DNA of 64,000 nucleotides, taken from NCBI GenBank assembly GCA_016844745.1, contig JAERMQ010000009.1, forward strand, positions 7,184 through 71,183, given 5' to 3'. Position 1 is the first letter of the stretch, and the number at the start of each line of letters is the position of its first letter. A program made the translations under genes and the position numbers. Origin of the DNA: Ignavibacteria bacterium (GTDB lineage: Bacteria > Bacteroidota > Ignavibacteria > Kapaibacteriales > UBA2268). Below the pieces are notes generated by a model. It was not told the DNA's origin. It worked only from the letters and a program-made list of their open reading frames with translations, and ran no database searches. Shown here piece by piece: positions 18,879-28,027 of this stretch.

Positions 18879-19014
18879 TTGAGTCCACTCTAAAAAGCAT
18901 TTTTAGTGATAATTACATTCCAAAATCGGAATTTTGGAATGAGAAATATCAAGAACTTGCTAATTCCAAAGTTGTACTTTGGAATTAAATTTTTGGTTTT
19001 TAGATAGGACTCAA
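18879..19014. mobile_element. MITE-like element family D (about 136 bp, TTGAGTCC..GGACTCAA termini, two internal hairpins)
   Basis: Near-identical copy at 34035-34172; imperfect terminal inverted repeats. Confidence 0.8.
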
Positions 19015-19064
19015 TGTTCGTAAAGGGGAAAAGGGAAGAGGAAAAGGGAAAAGTATGAAGAAGT

Positions 19065-19097
19065 ACTTTCCGAAAGTTTCCCTAATTTCGGAAAGTT
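19065..19097. repeat. Family A palindrome, copy 3 (inverted)
   Basis: Reverse complement of 17-50 with one mismatch. Confidence 0.85.
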
Positions 19098-19126
19098 TTT
19101 ACCATCATCAGAAAGTCTAGAGAAAA

Positions 19127-19636
19127 ATGAAAAAATATAAAACAATACCATTCTACGTAATAATTTGTATTATTATGTTACAACCATCTCTTGCCTTTTG
19201 TTCCGATACAACAATCACCAAGCCTGTAATAGTTGGTAGCTTCACTTGGGAACAATGGAAGGAAGCCGCTCTCTGGAAGGATTATTCAGCTTCGGATTAC
19301 AAGATTGATTCGTTATCAATAAGCAATTTGAAAGAAAAAATCAAATCGAAAAATCCGGAATTTATCATGTTTTCCGGCTCCTGGTGCGGCGATTCGGAAT
19401 CTGAAGTCCCGAAATTCTATAAATTAATGATGATTTGCAGTTATAGCATTGAAAAAATAATACTAATTGGACTCGACCGGAATAAAGCCGAATCCGGAGG
19501 TTCACATATTCAATACAACATCACTAATGTTCCTACTTTAATCGTCATTGTTAATGGTAAAGAAGTTGGAAGAATAACAGAATTCCCCACGAAAAGCTGG
19601 GAAGAAGATATATTAAAGATATTGAGTGATAAATAA
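19127..19636 (+). CDS. Exported thioredoxin-family protein
   Basis: Signal peptide; GSWCGDS (CxxS) site; ITNVPTLIV..GKEVGRI. Confidence 0.85.
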   Translation: MKKYKTIPFYVIICIIMLQPSLAFCSDTTITKPVIVGSFTWEQWKEAALWKDYSASDYKIDSLSISNLKEKIKSKNPEFIMFSGSWCGDSESEVPKFYKLMMICSYSIEKIILIGLDRNKAESGGSHIQYNITNVPTLIVIVNGKEVGRITEFPTKSWEEDILKILSDK

Positions 19637-19681
19637 AATTGTATATAACCTTATTGTACATTGAAACTGTATTAGAATCCA

Positions 19682-19883
19682 AGAAGAATGTCATTCTGAA
19701 CGAAGTGAAGAATCTTCTACAACCTAAGATGGATGTCTTTGAGGTAAAGAATGAATCATGATTATTCAAGAAAAGCATCAATTCTAATTCTTATAGAAAG
19801 GATTAAATAATTTTGGAAAATCAAAAAAAACTTTTCAGATTTTGCAAGAAGATTCTTCACTGCGTTCAGAATGACATTCTTCT
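19682..19883. repeat. Family C element with expanded interior
   Basis: AGAAGAATGTCATTCTGAACG.AGTGAAGAATC ... GATTCTTCACTGCGTTCAGAATGACATTCTTCT arms. Confidence 0.85.
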
Positions 19884-19973
19884 TTCTTTTAACACCAATT
19901 CGATTTCCTGAATGAATTAGAATATTAATATTTTTTTAAGACTAATTTTTTGAAATAAATACTTAGGAACAAT

Positions 19974-20795
19974 ATGACACTTCAATCAACAATCAAGCTG
20001 AACAACGGTATCGAAATTCCGGCACTTGGGTTGGGAACCTACCTCACAAATCCCGGCAAGGAAGCTCGCTATTCTGTCCTGACAGCATTGGAATTAGGCT
20101 ATCGCCATATAGATACTGCCGCATTTTATGCTAACGAAGAGGACATCGGCGCTGCAGTTCGCGAAAGCGGAGTTCCACGTAATGAAATTTTTGTGACAAC
20201 TAAATTATGGAACTCCGACCACGGCACCGATAAAGCCAGAAAGGCTTTCGATACCAGTATGAAGAAACTTAAGTTGGATTATATCGACTTGTACTTAATC
20301 CATTGGCCCCTCGAGGATAAGCGACGCGAGACCTGGCTGGCTCTCGAAAAGATTTACGAATCCGGCGCCTGCCGCTCGATTGGAGTAAGCAATTACACGA
20401 TTCGCCATATCGAAGAATTGTTAGAATATTCATCAGTTGTACCAGTTGCTAATCAGGTGGAGTTCCATGCTTATCTTTATCAGAAAGAACTGCTTGATTA
20501 TTGCAAATCCAAAGGTATCGTTCTCGAAGCCTATACTCCGCTTGTACGAGGGAAGAAATTCGGCGACCCAAAGTTGAAATCATTTGCACAGAAGTATGGT
20601 AAAACTCCTGCCCAAATGCTGATTCGCTGGACACTTCAATTGGGAATTGTTACTCTGCCTAAATCGGTTCATCGTGAAAGGATAGCAGAAAATGCTGAAG
20701 TATTCGATTTCGATATTTCCCCTGAAGATATGGCTGAGATGAACCGGCTGCACTGCGATTACAGGGTTTGCTGGGACCCGTCGAATATAAAATAA
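19974..20795 (+). CDS. Aldo/keto reductase (AKR5/DkgA-like)
   Basis: GYRHIDTA..Y, FVTTKLWN, DLYLIHWP, IGVSNY, LPKS motifs. Confidence 0.95.
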   Translation: MTLQSTIKLNNGIEIPALGLGTYLTNPGKEARYSVLTALELGYRHIDTAAFYANEEDIGAAVRESGVPRNEIFVTTKLWNSDHGTDKARKAFDTSMKKLKLDYIDLYLIHWPLEDKRRETWLALEKIYESGACRSIGVSNYTIRHIEELLEYSSVVPVANQVEFHAYLYQKELLDYCKSKGIVLEAYTPLVRGKKFGDPKLKSFAQKYGKTPAQMLIRWTLQLGIVTLPKSVHRERIAENAEVFDFDISPEDMAEMNRLHCDYRVCWDPSNIK

Positions 20796-20865
20796 TGGTC
20801 AATTGTTAATGGTTAATTGTCAATGATAAATGAATAAATGATTTGGTAGGGAGCGATAATTTCCG

Positions 20866-20873
20866 TAATTTTG
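20866..20873 (+). promoter_or_regulatory. Bacteroidota-type -7 promoter element TAATTTTG upstream of tRNA-Lys
   Basis: TAnnTTTG also at 23578, 33505, 48428, 59865 (+) and 3923-3930, 54179-54186 (-), each just upstream of a gene. Confidence 0.65.
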
Positions 20874-20877
20874 CGGC

Positions 20878-20951
20878 GCTCCCTTAGCTCAGCTGGCCAG
20901 AGCAATTGACTCTTAATCAATGGGCCGAGGGTTCGAGTCCCTCAGGGAGCA
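20878..20951 (+). tRNA. tRNA-Lys(CTT)
   Basis: Acceptor GCTCCCT/AGGGAGC, anticodon arm ATTGA-CTCTTAA-TCAAT, GTTCGAGTC T-loop; no encoded CCA. Confidence 0.95.
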
Positions 20952-21048
20952 CAAAATTTTTTGTATCTAATATATATATCAGATAATTACATCTTTTTAA
21001 ATATAATTTGTGCTGGATCTGTACTTAATAGAGTAAAATGAATTATTA

Positions 21049-23304
21049 TTATTTTTTCCTCACAACACGAAAACCATACGCTTCAAATAGAAAAGTATCC
21101 CAGGCAATAAAGCGGAATGACGAACGACATAGAAAAGGGTTATCGCCCTTATCCCCTCCTCTTAAAACATGGTCTGGCATGTTAGGACCCTCTTTGTATG
21201 GAACAAATGTATCAGGACCTTTTGGGTCTGTAACAAGTGAATCCGTATAGTTTGTTCCACTGACCCAATCCCAACAATACTCCAAAACATTACCTAACAT
21301 ATCGTATAACCCAAAAGCATTCGGTTCTTTTTGTCCAACTTCATGAATTTTTGACCCGGAATTTCCACAATACCAGGCAATACGGTCTAAGTTTGTATCA
21401 ATCGGAGTGCATTTGGACCAAGTCGCTATACCTAAATTTCCATTATATATGTCCGTTTCAGTTCCTGCCTTGCAGGCATATTCCCATTCGGCTTCAGTCG
21501 GCAGACGGTAGCCGTTCGCATTCCAGTCGCAAACAGTACTCGTTCCACTTCCGCTGTAGCATGGCTGGAAACCTTCTTTCTCTGAGAGTTTATTGCAATA
21601 ATCAATTGCACCATACCAAGATAGGTTTACCGGTAAATTACCTCCCTTAGTCCAACTTGGATTTTTTCCCGTAATTCCTTCATATTGATTCTGAGTGATT
21701 TCATACATGCTCATGTAAAAGTCTTTACTTATTGTTACATTATGAACGATATATTCATTTTGGGTCCAATTAGAATAACCTGAATAATTTCCGGTGTTGC
21801 CCATTTTAAAAGTTCCTGCAGGAATTAGAACCATTACAACATTTGTTGGGTCTTCTTCTCTATTAACAATAAAATCAACCTCATTGCTTTTAATTCCATT
21901 AACCGTTACATAAACTTTCCCGCTTTTTGCACCTACAGGTACTTTTACCATAATTTGATAATACCCCCAACTTATATATTGTGTTGCTGTTGCACTATTG
22001 AAGGTTACGAAACCTGAACCTTGCTTTGTTCCAAATCCTGAACCGGTAAGGGTTATAATATCATTTATATATGCGGTTGGTAGATTAATTTTAATAATAA
22101 CAGGTAAATCATAAGCTAAAACTAAATCAAATTCATTACTTTTTTTCTCATTAACATTAACTGATACCTTACAGGTTTTAGCTCCAATTGGCACTTGTAC
22201 TTTTAATTGTGTTTCGCTCCAGCTTATGTATTGACTTGCTTTTAAACTATCAAACGAAACAAAGCTTGAACCTTGCAATGAACCAAATCCCGTACCGTTA
22301 ATTGTTATTATATTACCAATAGAAGCAGACGTAGGTGAAATTCTTGAAATTATTGGGGCTTTTGATTCATTACCCATAATACAACGAACAGAAAAACCAT
22401 ATTTTTTATATGCCTTACCCCTTTGGATATATGGACTGCCATAACTCAAGCTCCTATATGACGCATTTGAATCATTCCTTTCCCTTGAAGTCCACCAATA
22501 ACTAAAATAGCTAATCCCATAGTTGTAAAATATCCCATCACTTTGACGACAGCCCCCCGGCAGTGCGGTAAATCCGCTTTCATTCGTTGAAGATTCATCC
22601 GTTAGCCAATGAGTTTTACCTACTTCTTTAAGTTTGCTTCCAACATATTCACCACGCCAACCATCAACATCAGCACCATCACGTTGCAAACCTAAATATA
22701 TTTCCAATGTTTTCCACTCAGCATCGCTTGCCACATGCCAACCAGCAGGTGCTAATCCTCTTGAGTCATTAACACAGTACCAGTTGTATAATTTTCCATA
22801 AATTATTCCATTTGCCGGATTATTGTTATAATAGCACCAGGCTCCTGTTGTTAATTTTGACCATAGAGTATCATTCGTAACTTCCGGAATTGGATTTTCG
22901 TTTCGATAATAATCTAAATTAAGATTATTCAACATCCAAACCTGCGAGCCGATTGACAGAGGTTGATAAACATCAATATAAAAATAAATGCTATCTACTT
23001 CCGATAATTTATAACTTTTCGGATAACCATATACGTAAACATTTAATAATTTATTACCTTGGCTATCTTTCTCAAATTGAATTTTACTGATTACTTCTGT
23101 GGGATAATAAGCAACCTGAATAGCCTGATAAAAAATCTTCATTACGTAATTACTGTTGGATTTGATAAGATTGATGCTGTCTATATCATTGATATTGTAT
23201 ACTTTGTAGCTACCATCATCCATATAGAACTTGACGACAGGCTCCTGGGCAAATAATGAAAATGAAGAACATATCATAATCAATAAAATGATTAGCTTTT
23301 TCAT
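21049..23304 (-). CDS. Secreted multidomain protein: FISUMP domain + two IPT/TIG domains + FGE-sulfatase (SUMF1-like) domain
   Basis: IGSQVWM..NL, YGKLYNW, PAGWHV..EW, GFSVRC; IITINGTGFG repeats; YRLPTEAEWEYAC, PNAFGLYDMLGNVLEYCWD, GFRVVR. Confidence 0.9.
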   Translation of the reverse strand: MKKLIILLIMICSSFSLFAQEPVVKFYMDDGSYKVYNINDIDSINLIKSNSNYVMKIFYQAIQVAYYPTEVISKIQFEKDSQGNKLLNVYVYGYPKSYKLSEVDSIYFYIDVYQPLSIGSQVWMLNNLNLDYYRNENPIPEVTNDTLWSKLTTGAWCYYNNNPANGIIYGKLYNWYCVNDSRGLAPAGWHVASDAEWKTLEIYLGLQRDGADVDGWRGEYVGSKLKEVGKTHWLTDESSTNESGFTALPGGCRQSDGIFYNYGISYFSYWWTSRERNDSNASYRSLSYGSPYIQRGKAYKKYGFSVRCIMGNESKAPIISRISPTSASIGNIITINGTGFGSLQGSSFVSFDSLKASQYISWSETQLKVQVPIGAKTCKVSVNVNEKKSNEFDLVLAYDLPVIIKINLPTAYINDIITLTGSGFGTKQGSGFVTFNSATATQYISWGYYQIMVKVPVGAKSGKVYVTVNGIKSNEVDFIVNREEDPTNVVMVLIPAGTFKMGNTGNYSGYSNWTQNEYIVHNVTISKDFYMSMYEITQNQYEGITGKNPSWTKGGNLPVNLSWYGAIDYCNKLSEKEGFQPCYSGSGTSTVCDWNANGYRLPTEAEWEYACKAGTETDIYNGNLGIATWSKCTPIDTNLDRIAWYCGNSGSKIHEVGQKEPNAFGLYDMLGNVLEYCWDWVSGTNYTDSLVTDPKGPDTFVPYKEGPNMPDHVLRGGDKGDNPFLCRSSFRFIAWDTFLFEAYGFRVVRKK

Positions 23305-23597
23305 AACTTATCTTATAATATTTTAAAGATATTTTATAAACGATTTGTGTTACTTTTCATTTTACAATATTTTCTGATGGCATTGTTTTTTAAATATCAA
23401 TTCCCTCTATCTTGAAATATCGAAACAATGCTTTTTAAAGGATTTCAATACAAATATCTATTCAAATATCTATTTTCAAAATATGAATTAACATTTTACT
23501 TTACAAACTTTATGAACTTTCAACTTTATAAACTTTATAACTAACTAAAAAGAATTGCAAAATCAAAATAAATTTCATAATTTTGTATTCTGTATAT

Positions 23598-23671
23598 GGC
23601 GGGCTTAGCTCAGTCGGTAGAGTACCAGATTGTGGCTCTGGGTGTCGCGGGTTCAAATCCCGTAGCTCGCC
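23598..23671 (+). tRNA. tRNA-His(GTG)
   Basis: Encoded G-1, acceptor GCGGGCT/AGCTCGC with C discriminator, anticodon arm CCAGA-TTGTGGC-TCTGG. Confidence 0.95.
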
Positions 23672-23729
23672 CTAAATTTTTAAAATGTTCCTCTTTGTAG
23701 TTTCTCAGATTTCTCTTGAATTCTTACTT

Positions 23730-23843
23730 CTTTGTGCCCTTTGTGATTTTCCTTTGTGTCCTCTGTGGTAAAATATTCTTCTAATTTGAACGAGGTAATT
23801 TTACCACAAAGGGCACAAAGTGGACGACACAAAGGGCACAAAG
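23730..23843. repeat. Inverted-repeat element (CTTTGTGCCCTTTGTG..TGTGGTAAAA / TTTTACCACAAAGGGCACAAAG)
   Basis: Imperfect long inverted repeat with internal CTTTGTG units between convergent genes; related element at 63099-63141. Confidence 0.75.
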
Positions 23844-23882
23844 TTAGTTTCAAAGAATTATATTTTTACCGACCAAAAGAAT

Positions 23883-25676
23883 TTATTCCTTTATAATCTT
23901 GAAAACCTGAGTATTTTCAGGATATTTCAATTTCAAAAAATAAACACCGGTGGTGAGATTTGAAACGTCAATAATATGATTTGATGCTTGCTGAATTTTG
24001 TCTTCGGAGAACAGAAATTCACCGAGTGTGTTGAGAATACTGATTTCTAATATTCTGCTTTGTTGATAATTGATTTCAAGAAAATCTCTGACAGGATTCG
24101 GATATACATTTACGGAAATATTCCTTTCAGTTTCATTGATTCCGTTAATAACAACATTAATATTGTTAGATGTATCGGAACTGCATCCCGAAAGTGTAAC
24201 AATTACGAAATAATTACCATTCGATGTAGCAGTGTAACTTTGATTTGTCGCTCCTTTGATTAAACCATTTTGATTATACCATTGATTGCCCGAAGCTGCG
24301 TTTGAATAAAGTACATTGTTATTCTGAGAAATGTACGGTGTTTCAGGCTTTGGATTTACTGTAACCGGGATTGAAGAAGCTGCGCCTTCACCTAATGAGT
24401 TGCTTCCTTTAACCGAAATAATTCCCGATACAGCAGATGTATTATAATTTACCGTAATACTGTTTGAAGAACTTGTGCCGGTTGCTCCATTTGGCAAAGT
24501 CCATGAGTAGGAAGTTGCATTTGCTATTGCCGGTATCGAATAAATAACGGAGTTTTGACCCTGGCAAACGAGTGTAGAACCTGATATATTCCCTCCACAG
24601 GTAGGTAAATTATCTTTCAGGATTTTATAGAGCAAAAATGTAACTCCATCGATTCCCGAAGGAAAAGCATTGGAGAGTCCGCACACAACGGCGCCGGAAC
24701 ATGAATCATAAATAACTTTGCTTTTATAACCCCAGGTAGAGCCGGCATGTCCCCAATAATTAATGCCAAGTGTTTTTTCCCTCATTATACCTAATCCATA
24801 GTTTCCGGGGCTTTCGAATTTTGTCATTTCTGAAATTGAGTTTGTATTGAGAATCTTGCCACTCATCAGTAAATTGTACCACTGCACCATTTCGGTCGGT
24901 GTCGAGAAAATTGAACCGGCGCATCCACCGGCAGTATTCAAACCTACCCTCGATGTGTCATGATAATCAATCCCATTGAACCAGCGGTGAGCTGTTTCAC
25001 CCAAAATTGATTCTTTAATATCAAAGAAAGTACTGTCCAGGTTCAATTGGGTAAGAATGCTGTCGCGAATAAGTCTTGAGATATGGAATCCGGTTGCTTT
25101 TTCTGCTATCATACCGGCTAAAACGTAATTTATATTAGAATAATAATAACCAACGCCCGGAGCATACCTTGGAACTTTTTGCCAGCTAAGTACTTCTTCG
25201 GGAGTAAAAATCCGGGTTGGATTATTCATTATTGTATCCATATAAGGAGAAATGAAAATGGGGTCAGTAATTCCACTGGTGTGATTAAGAAGCTGCCTTA
25301 TCGTAATATTCGGACTTATATTCGGATATTCGGGGAGCCATTTCTTAAGTGAATCACTAAGCTTGAGAATATTATTTTCCGCCAGTTTTAAAATTACGGT
25401 AGAAACGAATAATTTTGAATTGCTTGCTATACCGAATTTCATATCTGAAGTTACCGGTTTTCCCGAATACGACACACCACTTGTTCCCGTCCAGATTCCC
25501 TGTCCCGGATAATATACACTTGCAGACATTCCTTTAATGTTTGTTATAATTGATACATAATGGTCTAAAGTATCCTGAAGCATTTTTGATAATATTGGGT
25601 TGAAAGCATTGGAATTTTGAAAGGAAGAAAAAAGAAAAATAAGAAGTATTAAATGTAGTTTGAAAAAAGATTTCAT
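23883..25676 (-). CDS. Serine hydrolase (beta-lactamase/D-Ala-D-Ala carboxypeptidase family) with PKD-like domain and T9SS CTD
   Basis: SNSK (SxxK), YSN, HAG motifs, LLNHTSG; VYPNPV...GVYFL..KIIKE CTD. Confidence 0.88.
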   Translation of the reverse strand: MKSFFKLHLILLIFLFSSFQNSNAFNPILSKMLQDTLDHYVSIITNIKGMSASVYYPGQGIWTGTSGVSYSGKPVTSDMKFGIASNSKLFVSTVILKLAENNILKLSDSLKKWLPEYPNISPNITIRQLLNHTSGITDPIFISPYMDTIMNNPTRIFTPEEVLSWQKVPRYAPGVGYYYSNINYVLAGMIAEKATGFHISRLIRDSILTQLNLDSTFFDIKESILGETAHRWFNGIDYHDTSRVGLNTAGGCAGSIFSTPTEMVQWYNLLMSGKILNTNSISEMTKFESPGNYGLGIMREKTLGINYWGHAGSTWGYKSKVIYDSCSGAVVCGLSNAFPSGIDGVTFLLYKILKDNLPTCGGNISGSTLVCQGQNSVIYSIPAIANATSYSWTLPNGATGTSSSNSITVNYNTSAVSGIISVKGSNSLGEGAASSIPVTVNPKPETPYISQNNNVLYSNAASGNQWYNQNGLIKGATNQSYTATSNGNYFVIVTLSGCSSDTSNNINVVINGINETERNISVNVYPNPVRDFLEINYQQSRILEISILNTLGEFLFSEDKIQQASNHIIDVSNLTTGVYFLKLKYPENTQVFKIIKE

Positions 25677-25917
25677 AAAATGATTCCTTGATATATTGAT
25701 TTAACCTGTTATTTATTCAATTTTACTTATCGTTCTTAATTCAACATTATTACTACGTTATAAGTAATGAATAACAAATTAGTCTGGTATTTGTTACAAT
25801 AGAATTTTTTTTTAAGTGAAGTTCTGAATAATGATGTGTTTCAAATAATATCCTTTCCTATTTGGGATAGAACAAACAAGGATGTTTATTCTACCCTTAA
25901 GTAGGTCAAACATCCCT

Positions 25918-26048
25918 GTTTGACTATATGTTGCATTTCATTTTTGATATGTTTGACTTTTGTTGCATTTCATTTAAGATATGTTTGACTATTTGTTGCA
26001 TTTCATTTTTGATATGTTTGACTATTTGTTGCATTTCAATTAAGATAT
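25918..26048. repeat. Four tandem 32-33 bp repeats (GTTTGACTATWTGTTGCATTTCAWTTWWGATAT)
   Basis: Head-to-tail copies with no spacers; enclosed by TTCTACCCT (about 25889) and AGGGTAGAA (about 26065) inverted ends. Confidence 0.9.
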
Positions 26049-26094
26049 GATAAAGTTCATTTATAGGGTAGAATCTGACTGGCTAATTATTTTT

Positions 26095-26330
26095 GGATTT
26101 TGAATCAAGTTGCCAATGACAAAATTTTCTACCTTTTATTTTGAACAATTTATTGAAACAAAAATATATGCAACAATTAACACTTAGAGAAATCCCCCCT
26201 ACCCCTTTTTCAAAGGGGGATAAGAAAAATATTCTTCAATCCCCCTTTGAAAAAGGGGGGTAGGGGGGATTTCTCTTGAATTTGTCATTTTTTATTTTTA
26301 TTATGCCGAAATTTTGGAGTACAGAATAAC
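26095..26330 (-). mobile_element. Composite nested repeat (C-derived ends + insert + family B core), inverted copy
   Basis: Reverse complement matches 42338-42550, 48024-48237, 60485-60685. Confidence 0.8.
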
Positions 26331-26363
26331 AATTTCAAAATAAATGTGATTTATTAAGATAAT

Positions 26364-27146
26364 CTAAAAATCATTCTTGCGGAATAGCCAGCCGGCTAAT
26401 GTCAATGGCGCTAAAAGCCATACAAGAAGCATTGCAAACGACATTACCATACCCATTACATCGCCGAAAAAGCGCTCGAATACAGCACCCGTATAACCCA
26501 TTAAAGCTGCCGCATCCAATTTCAACATTACTAACAACCGTGCCAAATCGATTGGATTCAGGAAGCTAAGTATAATTAACGGCGCTTCCAATGGATAATC
26601 CTGAAATGCCGATATACCCAATAAGAGTAAACCATCAAATAGGAATGCAAAGAAAAACCATATTAAAAACGCAGCGCCTAATCCTTTTGCTTTATCCACT
26701 ATACTGGTAGATATGCAGAATGCAACCGCTGTGAACATGAAAATAAGGAGAATACCACTTGAAAGCATGATTAGGATTACCGGAATGCTTTCAGATACAT
26801 TGATTAATAAAGGCAAACCTGCGCCAACAAGGAATACCAATGATAACGGAACAGCCATACCGAAATATAATCCGAAGAATAGCTGGCTGCGTCTGATTGG
26901 CTGGGATAGTAATAGTTCGATAAATTCACGAGAATAATAGATATAAAGTGAACCGAAAACGAGGCTCAGCAATGGATTTATAAGAAGGATTATGCTTAGT
27001 ACGGAAATAATTACTTTGGAGCTGTCTCCGCTGAATTCATACAATGCTTCTACAGAAAACAGGAGGAATATTCCGTAAAGAATCACCCAGCGGCTGCGGA
27101 ATACGTCTTTAAATTCAAATTCTATTATTTTTAGTGTTGTGTTCAT
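26364..27146 (-). CDS. nosY: NosY ABC transporter permease
   Basis: ELLLSQPIRR, LNPIDLARL, ALMGYTGAVF motifs; nos cluster context. Confidence 0.92.
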   Translation of the reverse strand: MNTTLKIIEFEFKDVFRSRWVILYGIFLLFSVEALYEFSGDSSKVIISVLSIILLINPLLSLVFGSLYIYYSREFIELLLSQPIRRSQLFFGLYFGMAVPLSLVFLVGAGLPLLINVSESIPVILIMLSSGILLIFMFTAVAFCISTSIVDKAKGLGAAFLIWFFFAFLFDGLLLLGISAFQDYPLEAPLIILSFLNPIDLARLLVMLKLDAAALMGYTGAVFERFFGDVMGMVMSFAMLLVWLLAPLTLAGWLFRKNDF

Positions 27147-27182
27147 ATATTATTATGTTCAAAAAGAGTAAATTTTTACATT

Positions 27183-27280
27183 GAGAAATCCCCCCTACCC
27201 CCCGGTTATAGAAGTAGAACATTGAAGTAGAAGTAGAAATAAATCCCCCTTTGAAAAAGGGGGGTAGGGGGGATTTCTTC
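27183..27280. repeat. Family B element interrupted by the CCGGTTATAGAAGTAGAAC microsatellite (family H)
   Basis: Lies between nosF and nosY. Confidence 0.85.
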
Positions 27281-27301
27281 TAAAATTATCATTTCCAATT
27301 T

Positions 27302-28027
27302 TCAATTATTCCCATTTCCATTTTTATTTGTCAGTAATTTTGAAATAAGCTGCTCTAAATTATCGTAATTCGAATTATCAATCAAGGCATCCAGCTTATC
27401 TTTTAAAATAATTTTCCCGTCGATAATATATGCAAAATTCTCGGCAAAACCTGAAATTTCACCTAATAAGTGGGTTATATAAATTATCGTTTTGCCGGAT
27501 TCTTTTTCGAGTGCCAACAGGTTCTTAAGTTTGCCGGATGAAACCGGGTCGAGTCCTGCCGTTGGTTCGTCTAAAATGTAAATTTCAGGTTGGTACATAA
27601 ATGCCATTACCAATCCTACCTTCTGGCGTGTACCGCCTGATAGATTCCTCATAAATTGTGATGTAAAAGGCTGCAAACCGAAGGTATCCAACAATTCCTC
27701 ATCATTTGCTTGGGTAGAGCTATTGCGGATTTTCTTCACCATTGAAATTACATCCGTTACCCTGAGATTTTCCGGGTACCGTGCAATTTGAGGCATGTAT
27801 CCGATTCTGCTTCGATATTCCGATTGCCGCAAAGCGCTTTTCCCTTCAATCTTAATATCACCGGAATCAATATTTACTAATCCGAGAATTGATTTAATTA
27901 ATGTAGTTTTTCCCGAACCGTTAGGACCTGCAATTGCTGTTACCGCGCCTTTCGGAAAGTAGAGATTTATATCATCCAAAGCTTTGGTTTTGCCGTAGCT
28001 TTTGGAAACCGATTCAAGTTCTATCAT
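27302..28027 (-). CDS. nosF: NosF ABC ATP-binding protein
   Basis: GPNGSGKTT Walker A, LSGGTRQK, ILDEPTAGLDP; overlaps nosD. Confidence 0.92.
   Translation of the reverse strand: MIELESVSKSYGKTKALDDINLYFPKGAVTAIAGPNGSGKTTLIKSILGLVNIDSGDIKIEGKSALRQSEYRSRIGYMPQIARYPENLRVTDVISMVKKIRNSSTQANDEELLDTFGLQPFTSQFMRNLSGGTRQKVGLVMAFMYQPEIYILDEPTAGLDPVSSGKLKNLLALEKESGKTIIYITHLLGEISGFAENFAYIIDGKIILKDKLDALIDNSNYDNLEQLISKLLTNKNGNGNN

Noticed and set aside
21049..21200. Complete DGR in this window
   Set aside because: No reverse transcriptase, Avd or template repeat seen; kept only as a candidate target
20878..23671. tRNA-anchored genomic island or prophage
   Set aside because: No integrase, no duplicated tRNA 3' end and no phage genes
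25918..26048. 33-bp repeats as a CRISPR array
   Set aside because: Units are head-to-tail with no unique spacers, and no cas genes are in the window
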